Made by a program: the position numbers and the translations under genes. Source: the human T2T-CHM13v2.0 reference genome, Homo sapiens. From it: 64,000 nucleotides of DNA. The notes below the pieces were generated by a model. It had not been told where the DNA came from, did not search any database, and worked only from the letters and a program-made list of their open reading frames with translations. Every line of letters starts with the position of its first letter. Position 1 is the stretch's first letter. The stretch is taken from the NCBI RefSeq assembly GCF_009914755.1, contig NC_060942.1. One strand, written 5' to 3'. Below, piece by piece: positions 16,011 to 29,517 of this stretch.

Positions 16011-18071
16011 GGGATTCCTGGGATCACTCCTACGCCTAAGTTGTTTGTTGGTGAGATAAACCATACTGTTGGTTCATTCAAGCAACACCCCTGGCCAGGG
16101 AAGGGCTTCAACCCACAATATGGAGAAGGAAATTAGACAGCCAGGAAGCATGGGAATAGAGATAGACATAAGTACATACGTCATGGTTTTGTTGAAATAA
16201 ATAGGAAAAAACTGGAAACACTGCCATGGTTAAATAAATGATCAACTGTCATAAGATGAAATAATATGTAATCATAAAAAGTATTATAAAGCATTTAATT
16301 ATACAGAAAAAATCCTAATATGCATTAAGCTGTCAGAAAGCAGGCTATAAATAGTCTATCCAGCATATTCTCATTTTTGAAGAACAAAGGGGTTAGGATG
16401 GGACCGGGTGTCCAGGTAAAAGAATATTTTGGCAAATTTACAACTCAGAGTTGATTTACACATGGTTTTGCCATCATATACTGGAGCTTTTTCTCCTTTG
16501 AAATGTCTCCACTGTAATCAAGCAATTTTCTAAAGCAACACAAGACAATTAACAGTTCCTACCAACTCTCCACTCCACTGTTGCTTTAGGAAGCATTTCC
16601 CAGGCCTATTAAACAAGAACGTGAACGCTGCTCTCACGCAGAATAGGCGTGTGTTATACTGAGGGGTCCTCTTTTCTTGTCCCTTATTCTTTGAATCACA
16701 TAATGAGAAACTGCTAGCAAAGAAGAAATTAAATTCCAGAGTAAACCAGTAGAGCCGTGAGAAGAGAAAAAGAGACATGAGAGAAAAGTTGTCTAAATCC
16801 TGTTCACTTAATAATGAAATAGAAAAGCGTAGGTGTGGAAGAAGGATTATGGAGCTGTTAGGGAGCTGGTCATCAGAGTGGCAATGAAACCACTGGCTAC
16901 CAATGGAGAGGAGGAGGAGCACCATGCTTAGAAGGAAACCAGCAACTAGAAAATCCAAGAATGTAGCTTGGAGGCCGCTCATAATGCAGCCTCCTCAAGC
17001 ATGTGATTTAATTTCATCTTGAACCACCCAAATCCTCTCTTGAATATTAAATTCCACTGAATGGTATTGTTTGCGGAACTCTCGTCTTCATCCACAAAAG
17101 AGGAACAAAATTACAAAGGCTGAAAGTAATTACATTTTCAATAACCTGAAGCTACTAATTCTTAAATGGGTCTTCTTAATTTCAGGGCACAGTTTTAGAA
17201 ATATTTAACTATTATCTCTCCAAACTGCATTTCATTTTAGCAGTTGAGGATTGAGCAATTGATTGGTTATTATTTCTGCGAATCAAAAATATGAGAATAT
17301 TTAAAATACAATACCCCCACGCTCTAAATCAAACACAAATGCAAGTTAAATGTCTGAGAGAAACTATGTTTCACTTTCCCAACATCATGGCAGACCTGAG
17401 TGCCATGTCCTGGCAGTTTAAGGAAAGGTCTGAAGGCCTTTCCTCAAACGCCAGTGAAGCCGGGATGGTTGAAGGGCGCCAGTCCTGCTGGATCCTAGGC
17501 TAAGACATGCATGTCCCCCACGTGGTGTCACCTCGTCATTCCTGAGAATCGATGATACCTTCCCTGTGTCAGACACACAAGAACTGACCTTCCACCTTCT
17601 CAACTGGAGCCTGAACTTTCTGCTTTTGGACGTATAAGCACAGCGTGACACAGTAGACAAGAAAGAGGGAGGCTTCCTTTTGTAGCCTAATGAATCAGTC
17701 TCCCAACGAGAAGACGATTCTCTAAGAAAAAGCCACCCCAAGGGTCCCACTTAATAGTAAATTATTGTTTTAGTGCATCGAATTGTACCCTAGAGGCCCA
17801 AAGGAATTACGATTTTACTTTTACAAAGTGATTTACATAGTGGAGTGTAATCTGTCTCCATAAATCTGAAGCCTCTACAAAACAAGCCACTCCTAAGGTA
17901 ACACAAAGCAAGGCAATTTCAGTTATATAGTTATTTACCACCACTCAGCTCAGCTTCCCTCAGAGTCAAAGATAGAGAAAATAAACACAGGCCTTTTCTT
18001 CATTCTGCCACATGAAAGACCATTTTCTCATGTAATGCAAAAAAGGAAGGGGAGTTGCTGTAAGAGAAGAA

Positions 18072-18222
18072 CTCCCTTCTCTCTCTCTTTCTCCCTCTTC
18101 TCTTTCTTTCTCTCTTCTCTGTCTCTCTTCTCCCCTCTTTCTTTCTCTCTCTCTCTTCTCTTTCTTCCTCTCTCTCTCCCCCTCCCTCCAGCCCTTCCTC
18201 CCTCTTTTCTTCTCTCTCTCCC
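18072..18222. repeat. Polypyrimidine (CT-rich) low-complexity tract
   Basis: About 150 bp of near-pure C/T. Confidence 0.9.
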
Positions 18223-18645
18223 TAGGCACAATCCTGAGATGCTTTCAGTTTGGTATGTTCTCAGACACTGCCAGGAAGATTTGCAACGAACATGAGTTCT
18301 TGTGCCCACAAATGATGGAACAAAGCATGTCTTACTTACAACATAACTGCTCATTTCACATTTATCTGCCTGTCCTTTGGTTTTGCAATTTGATGCATAA
18401 TTGAAAGGTGAATTTCAGGTTCGATTAGGAGGAGAGTTCATTACCTTGAACACAGAATTGGTAGCTGAAAACAGATTTTAAATAAGGTCAATCTTCTGTG
18501 AATTCAAGTACTGTCTTGAGTTCACAAAACTCTTTTCAACTTGAATATTTATTGCGGGTATTTCCCCAAAGAACATTTGTGGAAGTTGCTGCTGCCAGAA
18601 GCTGAAAATATAGTTCACTTAAAAGCAGCTTTATTTATGCAACAT

Positions 18646-19028
<383 letters not shown>

Positions 19029-19487
19029 TTATTAGTCATGTTCCACCCCCAAAATGAAGAGGGGGGATAAGACGCTGTGTGCGTAGAAGTATCAAGTTGG
19101 ACAGAACTGTATTTAGAAAGAGATGCTGGAAGTCTGGAAAGGGCTGCCCATCTGTATAGTTGACCTCAATATATGGTCGTCTGTATAGTTGGTCAACTAT
19201 ATATGGTCAACTATACAGCTATAAAATATGGTTGACCACAATAAGGCACTGATTAAATTCAAAATCATAAGATACACGCACTCAGATTTATTCAGACAAA
19301 TTGTTCCTCTTCCTGAAAGATGTTTTTTTAAGTCTGAAATTTCAATAAGAAAAGGATTCTAATCATTTCAAAGACCTTTTTTTAAAAAAACCTTCTTTCC
19401 CCTTCCCACCTCCCCCAATCCTTCTTAGTATATAGATGAAAACTCCAGCCACCCAGCCCCAACTTGACAGGTTCATTTTGTCTCCAC

Positions 19488-19785
19488 CTGGGTTGTGCAA
19501 TATGGTAACTTCTGTCCTTATGTAGTTATTAACCACTTGGAATGTGATTAGTCCCAATACAGAAGCTCTGTGCACACCAGATTTCTAAGACGTGTACAAC
19601 AAAAGGAATGGAAAACATCACATTATATTTTAATATTGATTATGTGTTAAAATGATATTTTTTGATATATTGGATTAACAAAAATCTTAAAATTAATTTC
19701 TCCGTTTCTTTTCCTTTTTAAAACATGGCTACTAGAAATTTTTAAATTACACCTAGGGCTGGCGCTGTGTCTGTATTACACTGTG
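19488..19785 (-). mobile_element. MER33 (hAT-Charlie) non-autonomous DNA transposon
   Basis: Reverse complement matches MER33 (aattaatttc...tttaaaacatggctactagaaatttttaaattac; ttgtgcaatatggtaac). Confidence 0.8.
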
Positions 19786-20004
19786 AGAAAATATACGGGC
19801 TCCTTAAAGGGAAACATCCTGAACATTGTCACCTACTCCTCCCCCTCTCCTTCCGCTGATGTCCCTCCCTCCCCAGCATGCTGCCCTCTTCCCATCCTCA
19901 TCCTTCCCTTCCCATCCTGCCCTAAGATCATCAAAGGCATGGTTAAAATGGCTAAGTCCCGGGGGTGGGGAGCTGGGGTGAGGGCTCTTAGAACCTGGAG
20001 TCCA

Positions 20005-20328
<324 letters not shown>

Positions 20329-21867
20329 CAAGAGCACAATGGATCCACGCAAAAGGGGACCAAGGTTAGGAAATTAACTCAAGGTGCCCGCCCACCCCAC
20401 AGCATCTTAACCTGCCACCTTCCTTCTTTCCAAGCAGCCTCCTGGCTCCCACGGCCCCCAGAGGTCCACCTTCAACCTCCCTCAGCCTGTACCCAGGAAA
20501 GCTCAGGAGGTTCCCCAACTCTGCCCCCTACCCTATTGCAAGATCTTGCGTCAGCCCCCAGGGACCCCAGAGTCTGGCCCCGTTCTCTGTGCTCCTTCTT
20601 GGAGCAGCTCCAGGACTCTGCAAGCTTCTTAGTGCTGAGTTGCCGCCCATGAGGATGGCATGCTCGGGATCAGCCCTGCTGGTTCCTGCCCACAGGGCCC
20701 AGTGCCCAAGGTCCCCACCTCGCGCCCTCCAGCTGCAATGGATGCCCGGGGAGGGGGTGGCAGAGGCGACTCATCCTGCGGGCGAAGTTGCGAGGGGGGC
20801 AGTCTTTTCCCAGGACAGTGGAGCCTGGACCACAGTAAGGGGCAGGGGGAGTCCTGCTGGTGGATTTGGGGGCACCAGGGTTACAAAGTGTCCGGCGTAC
20901 AGTAGGCGCTTAATAAGCAGGTGTTTGGCACAGGTACATCAACGTGCCCAGGGAGTCAGCTAAAGCCCCGTAAACCAGCCCTAGTGGCTTCGCAGGATGC
21001 ACCCAGGCTCTGCTCGAGGCCCGAGCACTCCACTTCAATTCTCCAGCCTCGCTCATGAAGGCAAATGGCTGGGGACAGCTGTATTGTAACAGGGCTCTCG
21101 AACTACCAGGACAAAACTCAGGTTTTCGGCAGCTCCAGCAGACAGGAAAGCTCTTGGGGACATAGATCTTGGGGGGACACACATTTCTGGGCCATTTCCA
21201 GGCCCAGAAATCACATCAAGAGGACAAGGGGTAAATGGTGGTGATCAAAGAGTCACAACCTACCTGTCTTAGCCCCTGCTTAGTGCCAGGGGCCTGGGCT
21301 GGGGATCCTGAGGTGAATAGAACTCAGTCCCAGCACACACCCTCTTCCCACTGGAGTTGCCCGTGTCTCAACGGGCATTACTTGCTGTCAGCCTGTGAAT
21401 TCTTATGTGTGATTTATGTGGTTTCCAAAATACAAGCAGCAGCTCAGCTCTGGGTCTCCTGGCTGGACTTGAGCTGCAGTGGGTTGGAGGACACCGCTCC
21501 TGTGAGTGATGTGTGCCTGCACCAGTGACCATTCCCAGACCAGGACGGAGGCCACAGGGGCAACCACCTGGCCCACTGCCCTCAGCCATCTGTCTCAGTT
21601 TGGGATTCAGCTTGTAAATTCCTAGCTTGTGAAGACTGTTTTTTTCTGTGTGCAAGGTGGTGGTTGGTTTTAAAGGAAGCTTTTTAAACATCCCCTTCAC
21701 AGTGATAGAGAAGGCTCATGGCTTAGAGCTGCATTAAAAATCACAAAAATTGCTGCTCATGAAAATGGTAATGACAGATACACTGGGCTTTCATCATGCT
21801 ATTAGAAAATTAGGAAATAGAAATGTGTTCACTGTGTGGTTTGTTAATTTTATTTCTAACTTGTTCT

Positions 21868-22038
21868 TATTTTTATTTTTTAGAGATGAGGTCTCTGTCA
21901 CTCAGGCTGGAGTGCAGGGGCATAATCATAGCTCAGTGCGGCCTCGAACCCCGGTCTCAAGCAATTCTCCTGCCTTTCCCTCCCTAGTAGCTAGGATTAT
22001 AGGAGTGAGCTACCACACCTAGCTAATTTTATTTTTTT
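21868..22038 (-). mobile_element. Alu right monomer (FRAM/AluJ fragment)
   Basis: Single antisense monomer with J-like features. Confidence 0.85.
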
Positions 22039-22109
22039 AAAAATAAGTTGGCTGCTAAGTGCCAAACACAGCGTCTCAACAGCCTAACTTTAGCACCCAC
22101 TTTCTAATA

Positions 22110-22610
22110 TGATGCTATGAGGATGCCCTGCTGTCTATCTGGCATTCTTGCTTAAAATGTTTAACCGGAATCTAATCATCAGGGAATAATCAGACAAATC
22201 TAGGACATAGGAGATGGTACAAGATAATTGGAGTGGACTTGAAAAAAAAATCTGAGTAATGTAAAACAGAAAAACGAGGCAAATCAAAAAGGCAAGGGGA
22301 TCACTCTATGTTAAAAGACCCTAAAAGAGACATGGAAACCAAAGGTAATATATGACCTCAACTGTATAATAAAATTATTTTTAAGCTATAAAAGACATTT
22401 TGAAGAGTCTTGTGGAAATTGGAGCAGTGACCCTACATTAGATATTATATAATTAATGTTGATTTCCTTTGGTGTGGTCATGGTGTGGTTGAACGGGAGA
22501 ACGTTGGTGGTGGTGGATGTTTGCTGAAGTGCTTCGGAGTGAAGGGTCATGATGTCTGAAACTCACTTTCAAATGGTTCAGCCAAAGTGTACATTGTATA
22601 TAAAAGAAAA
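22110..22610 (+). mobile_element. L1ME-type 3' end fragment
   Basis: gaatctaatcat...atcagacaaatc...aagagacatgg...taaaagacatttt...gctgaagt...gggtcatgatgtctg...actttcaaatggttcag. Confidence 0.75.
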
Positions 22611-24249
22611 ATAATATGCTGTCTAAGGGAGAGATAAAACTGGCTGCAGTTTTCTTATAGGACAGCATGTGTTCTAAGAAGCTCACCTGGGCTGGGTTCT
22701 CACATTTGTCCCTGGCGGAAGAGATGAAGATGGTTTTATTACTACCTGGGAATGAATGTAATGCTGCAACGCTAAAGAACAAGATGAGCAACTTTAGTGC
22801 CAGGAGTGGATTCGCTTTCCTTGGAAATGACAATTCTAATGTGGCTTTATGACAAATATCCTGCTAGCTCTTATTTTTAGTTCTGTCTGAAACAAACGTC
22901 GATCGTGCTTCGGAGGACTGGAAGCAGACGGGTTGAGGCTGATCAAAGTGAAGACCAATATGGTGAATGCTTTGACAAGGACCTCTGGTTAGTGTGACCC
23001 ATCTGCATTTGAAAAAAAAAAAATGAAGAGCTGTTTTACTATTTTCAGGATGGGGTTGGAGTGGGCGGGAACAAATTATATTTGGAGTGGCTCTCCATTT
23101 CTGTTATGTACCAGACACGTTTGGGATGCTGGAGCCCGGACATCTTCCTGTCCTCTTTCTGTGCAGGCCACTGTGGGGATCAACGTGGAGAAGAAGGTGC
23201 TGAATTCACTCCCTCGGGACTGGGAATGAGACCCAGTCAGGTGTTGAACTTGAAGTAATGCCCTTTTGTTGCATTGCTGGTGAACTATGTCAACCATAGA
23301 TCAGTGCCACTACCAGATTTGAGAGAAAAGGACTGGATTTTAGAAAGCAATCTTGCAAATATTAAGATAAGCACTCTTTCGGTTTATACCACCGAACGCG
23401 TACACAGTATGGTAGCACAACTCCCCAAGTGGCCACATAAGCATTGGACCAAGGGCGGGGGGAGGAACATGAACATGATTTTGTGAATAACAACTTAGTT
23501 GAGTAATCAATAATTTCTAAAAATAAAAGTAATTTGATTGAAAGTTAACCTCTAATCACTGTATTTTTTGCAAATATTGACAAATTTTGTGCACTAAAGG
23601 ATTTATTTTTTAAAAAACTTTTACTTCTTTAAGAATTTTTGTATGTTTTCCCAGAATTTCTCCAGTTGTTTTGTGTCTCCTTTTTTCTCTCTCTCTCCCT
23701 TATTTGTAATTTATTCTCATCCAATTATTCTGGCTTGGGTGGTTTGTTTCATCCAATTATTGGTTTCATCCAGTTATTCTGCTGATGATTTGTTAGGCCC
23801 AAATCGGAAGCAACCAAAATGTCTAACAATAGGACTTTAGTTGGCAATAACTCAAAAGTCTAACAATAAGGGATTGGTGAAATAAATTATAAAAAGTGTT
23901 TTGTGTTATGCAAAAGACTTTAAAAATATGAACTGGTAATTCATAATCTTTAACTTTGCCTAATTCTAAAATTTCATGAACACATTGGCAGATAACGCAA
24001 AGCAGATTCAAAGTAAAATAGAAAAATAATGTAAACCCTGAAAAATTCCAGATACTTTTTTCTGTTTTATTATATATGGCTTAAGATTATTTTATTTTTA
24101 TAAAAGCAGCTGCATATTTATTACATTTAGAGGTACAGTCAAGCAATAATAAGATAATAATGACTTCAGCAGTTCTGGCCACCCAAAGACAACAACTCTC
24201 ATCGTCTTGATGTTTCCAACCAGATGATTTTCTGTGCATTTGACCAGCT

Positions 24250-24550
24250 TTCACCTCTAAAACGTCATCAAAATGGCTTTTGTCAATGTCACCAATGACT
24301 TCCATGTGGTTAAATTCTCAGCCGTCATTCCACTTGACGTCACATCATGGCCAATGCTCTCAACACTTTGAGTTTCCAAAACAGCAGATGTCCTGGCTCT
24401 CCTCCCCCTTCCCAGGCTGGCCCTTCTCATTCTCCTTTGCAGCTCCCTCCTCATCTCCCGCACTTCTCCACGCTGGGACACTCTAGAGCTCAGTCCTGGG
24501 AAGTCCCAGTCTTCATTCATTCCCCTGATGCCCTCATGCCATGTTTTGTC
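24250..24550 (+). mobile_element. L2 fragment
   Basis: gtcaccaatgacttccatgtggttaaat...tcctggctctcctcccccttcccaggctggcccttctcattctcctttgc. Confidence 0.65.
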
Positions 24551-24560
24551 TTCAAATACC

Positions 24561-24853
<293 letters not shown>

Positions 24854-25073
24854 CAAATACCATTTATTCTATTACACATACATTTATGGATTCAACAACT
24901 ATCCATTGAGAATCTGTTAAGTGCCAGGCACTGTTCTAGTCACTGATGATTTTAAAACGGAACAAAAGGGGGGCAATTCCCTGTCTTCATGGAGCTTATC
25001 AAGAACATTTGCATGAGGAAGGGGCCTAGAAAATAAGCAAGAGCTATTCAAAATATTGCCTGATAAAGGGTCA

Positions 25074-25537
25074 AGTACTGGGTTAAATACTGTCCCCTCC
25101 CCCACTCCCCACTCAGTTCATGCCCACCCAGAACCATAGAATGTGACCTTGTTTGAAAACAGGATTTTTGCAGATGTGAATAGTCAAGATGAGGTCACAC
25201 TGGATTTGAGAAGGCACTAAATTCAATGACTGGCATCTTGACAAGAAGGCCATGTGAGGACTCAGGGAGGCACAGAGGGAAGGCAGCCGTGGGAAGGAGG
25301 AGGTGGAGATGGGAGTGACGCAACTATGAGCCCAGAGTCACCCAGCAGTGCCGGGACCACCAGCAGTTAGGAGAGCGGCATGGGAGCTTTCTCCCCAAGT
25401 CTTCAGAAGGAACCAGTTCTGCCAGCACCTTGATTTTGGACCTCTGACCTCCAGCACTGTAAGTGAGTAAATTTCTGTGGCTTTAAGCTCCCTGGTCTGT
25501 GGTCATTTGTTACAACAACTCCAGGAATCTCATCCAG
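25074..25537 (+). mobile_element. MaLR solo LTR, MLT1C-like
   Basis: agaatgtgaccttgtttgaaaacagg...ttgcagatgt...aagatgaggtca...ggaaccagttctgccagcaccttgattttggac...aaatttctgtggctttaagc. Confidence 0.85.
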
Positions 25538-25571
25538 GTGAGAAGTGCTGTGAAGGTAGGGACAGAGGATT

Positions 25572-25864
25572 GGCCGGGTGCGGTGGCTCACGCCTGTAAT
25601 CCCAGCACTTTGGAAGGCTGAGGCAGGCAGATCACTTGAGGCCAGGAGTTCGAGACCAGCCTGGCCAACATGGTGAAACCCCGTCCCTACTAAAAATACA
25701 AAAATTAGCTGGGCGTGGTGGTGCATGCCTATCATCTCAGCTACTCGGGAGGCTGAGACAGGATAATCGCTTGAGCCTCAGAGGCGGAGGTTGCAGTGAG
25801 CCAAGATCATGCCGCTGCACTCCAGCTGGGTGACAGAGTGAGACTCTGTCTAAAAAAAAAAAAA
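25572..25864 (+). mobile_element. AluS (Sx/Sz-like)
   Basis: Full dimer; TSD gtagggacagaggat at 25556-25570 and 25865-25879; inserted in an antisense L2 remnant. Confidence 0.95.
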
Positions 25865-26034
25865 GTAGGGACAGAGGATGGAGTGTGTTTAGTAGGGGAG
25901 GAAGTTTGGAATTGTGGTGGGTAAGGTAGCCAGGGAAGCCCTCATTGTACAGGTCATGTTTGAATGAAAACATAAAGGCAACGTGAGAGATTCGTGCAGC
26001 CATCTGGGAGAAGAGTGTTCTAGGCATCTGTCTA

Positions 26035-26200
26035 CAGCAGCAGTTCTCAAAGCGTGGGCTTGGACCAGCAGCGACAGCAGCACCCAGGAATTCCTTAGGA
26101 ATGCAAACATCTTGGCCCCACCCCAGACCTACTGAATCAGAAACTCTGGAGAGGGGAATCGCGGGGATTCTGATACATCTCCAAGTTTCAGACCCACCAT
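26035..26200. mobile_element. MER5A (hAT-Charlie MITE)
   Basis: cagcagttctcaaagcgtgg...ccagcagc...ggccccaccccagacctactgaatcagaaactctgg...aagtttcagacccac. Confidence 0.85.
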
Positions 26201-26481
26201 CTATATAACCTGGACTCCACCGAGCCTCCACCTCCACCTCCACCACTTTCTCTTGCCCATTCTGCTGCAGCACCAGGCTCTTCCCTCCGGGGCTTTGTCC
26301 TTGCTGTGGCCTCGCTCTGCACAGCTTCCCTCTTGCTGTCCCCACGTCTTGCATCCTTACCTCCACCAGATCTTTGTTTCAGCACCACGTTCTCACTGAG
26401 GCTTCTCCCAGACCACCCTCATTAAAACCACCACCCACACCCTGCAGGCCCCTTCCTATGTCCTGCTTTTCTCTTCTCTCT

Positions 26482-26791
26482 TTTCTTTTGTTTCTTTTTT
26501 CTTTTTCTTTTTTTTTTTTTTTGAGACGGGTTTCACTCTGTCGCCTAGGCTGGAGTGCAGTGGCAATCATGGATCACTGCAGCCTTGACCTCCTGGGCTC
26601 CCACCTCAGCCTCCCAAGTAGCTGGGTCTATAGACGCACGCTTCCACACCTGGCTAGTTTTGTTTATTTTTTGTAGAGACAGGGTCTTACTCTGTTCCCC
26701 AGGCTGGTCTGGAACCCCCAGGCTCGAGCCATCTTCCCGCCTCTGCCTCCCAAAGTATTGAGATTACGGGTGTGAGCCACCGCCCCCGGCC
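26482..26791 (-). mobile_element. AluJ inserted in an L2 remnant
   Basis: Antisense dimer with J features; flanking tgtcctgc duplicated. Confidence 0.9.
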
Positions 26792-27653
26792 TGTCCTGCG
26801 TTGTTTTTCTCAGTAGCACTTAGCTCTATTTAACAAATCCAAGTTTGTCAGAAATCTGGTTTCTGAGTCCTGGTGACCAACAACAGGTAGGGAACCCAGA
26901 GAGGGAGCGTGACACACGTGATTTGCAAATCAAAGTCACGCGGGTGGAGGAGTAGATTGGGCTCAGGAGAAGGAAAAAATGTTAGCACTGCAAGGGAAAT
27001 GCGAGATCATCTCATCCTTGGGTGTCCAAACTTATTTAGATGTTTGCTTTTTAAAAAATTATATGACTAATTACAACTAATAAAGCAGATAAGAGCCGAG
27101 TTTTCTCTGGGTGGCAGACCCGGAAGGGCGTTGCAGGAGTCCCTAACCCAAGCATATTGTGGGAACTATTGACTTTGTTATCTCGTTTGTTAATGGTGAA
27201 ATTGGGGCTTACAGTTGGATTTAATTTTACTTAAAAGAAATAAAAGGAGCTATCCATGTTAGATCAGATCATCCCTCAGGCATTATTTAACAAAAACATT
27301 CTGTAATTTAGTGGACTCTCAAGTCTCCTTCAGAGTCCTATGCCTGCAGATCCTGCCATCTGATTTCCCCGTGTTATCTAAGCTTCTCTTTAGGGATTCT
27401 CCAGCCCCCTCTTCTTCCCTGAGGGGCTCTCTCAGTGGTGTCATCGGTTTCTCCAAATTAGAAATGTTGACTTTTTTCCTGCTTTTTTCCCCCTGAATCC
27501 ACATTCCCTTAGTCACTCTCTCCTGGTTTCAAATTCTTGTTTATTACACCTGAGCCTTCCAAGGGGAGAGACTGTTTTATAACTCCAGGCGTACTGGACT
27601 TACACAAGGTAAGTGATCCATGCATTAAATTGGCTTAAAAACAAAGCAATCGA

Positions 27654-27989
<336 letters not shown>

Positions 27990-28039
27990 TCAATTCTAAG
28001 AAAGCAGGAGAGGAGAAGGTCCAGTGGCAGCTGGCTGCA

Positions 28040-28288
28040 CTGAGATCTCGTGTTTGTGCTGAGATCTCGTGTTTGTGCTGAGATCTCGTGTTTGTCCTGA
28101 GATCTCGTGTTTGTGCTGAGATCTTGTGTTTGTCCTGAGATCTTGTGTTTGTCCTGAGATCTCGTGTTTGTGCTGAGATCTTGTGTTTGTGCTGAGATCT
28201 CGTGTTTGTGCTGAGATCTTGTGTTTCTGCTGAGATACTGTGTTTGTCCTGAGATCTCGTGTTTGTGCTGAGATCTTGTGTTTGTGCT
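28040..28288. repeat. Minisatellite/VNTR, 13 x 19 bp (ctgagatctYgtgtttgtS)
   Basis: Thirteen contiguous ungapped units counted; variation almost only at the C/T (CpG) and terminal G/C positions, plus two variant units. Confidence 0.97.
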
Positions 28289-28491
28289 CACCGTGACTTT
28301 TCCTTACCCATTCCAAGCAGGAAGGCAGCATGGCAGGTGAAAAAGTGAGCAATCTTAGGCAGTGCCCTTCCTGGCTCTGTGCTTCCTGACAGGCTGGTGC
28401 TGGGAACAAGGTATGGAAGTAGAAGTTCTGAGGAAAGGAAGAGAACTCTCCCTAGATTGGGAAGGGCTGAGGGTGTTGGGCTGCCCAAGTT

Positions 28492-28990
28492 GTGAAATAT
28501 TAGTCAGGACTCTTCTTGCAGAACCCAACTTCAGGGAGCTGAAGGTTAAAGAGAATTTAATGACTTAGGCGACTGTGAACCTGGCTCAGACATGGCTGAA
28601 TTCTGTTTCTCAGAAGGACCTGGTCCCTTTCTCCCCATCCTGTGCCTGTGCTGACCAACATGCTGGCTTCATTCTCCATCAGATTCTGTCCCTATAGAAT
28701 ATTCCCAGTATGGAGGCTACAGCCCACCGAATTGAAGTCCAACGACAAAACTTCTTGGAGAGGAATCCCAGGGCCTGACTTTCATTCATTGCTTCGAATT
28801 GGCCTAACTTAGGTCTGGAGCTTAAACAATCACTTTCCTTCAGGACGGAGGGGGTAGAATAACACCTTCTTCGATCTGGGGGAACATAATCTGGGATGGG
28901 GAAGGTGGCTTCCCAAAGAGAAAGTGAAGGTCTGTTACCAGAAGAAGGGAAGCTGTATTGGGCAGAGAAAAACATCAGATGTCCATTGCT
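28492..28990 (-). mobile_element. Old MaLR LTR, MLT1J/K-like
   Basis: attagtcaggactcttcttgcagaacccaact...gaatttaatgac...gaattggcctaacttaggtc...ttcccaaagagaaagtgaagg...gttaccagaagaaggg...tgggcag. Confidence 0.7.
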
Positions 28991-29199
28991 GTACTCCATG
29001 GAAACTGATAACATCCGAGCAGTTAACAGCTTCTGAGGGGCATAGCTGCCGGGGAAGCCTAGGGAAACTCCCTGTCAGCCCCTGGAGACTCCCAGCCTAT
29101 GCAGGGATCCCTGTACTCCATGTGGCACAGAACCTAAAACAACTGGATTCCCATAAAAAATGAACCTCGACTTCTATCTCACTCCAACTGAAAGGAATA

Positions 29200-29517
<318 letters not shown>

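Noticed and set aside
17504-17525. Palindromes gacatgcatgtc and ccacgtgg as a p53/E-box element
   Set aside because: Does not form two proper RRRCWWGYYY half-sites; no other support.
20400-21200. GC-rich stretch as CpG island or CTCF site
   Set aside because: CpG density is modest and the best CTCF-like word (gcgaggggggcag) fits the consensus poorly.
25737-26366. 209-aa ORF
   Set aside because: Runs through L2, MER5A and Alu sequence; a chance read-through.
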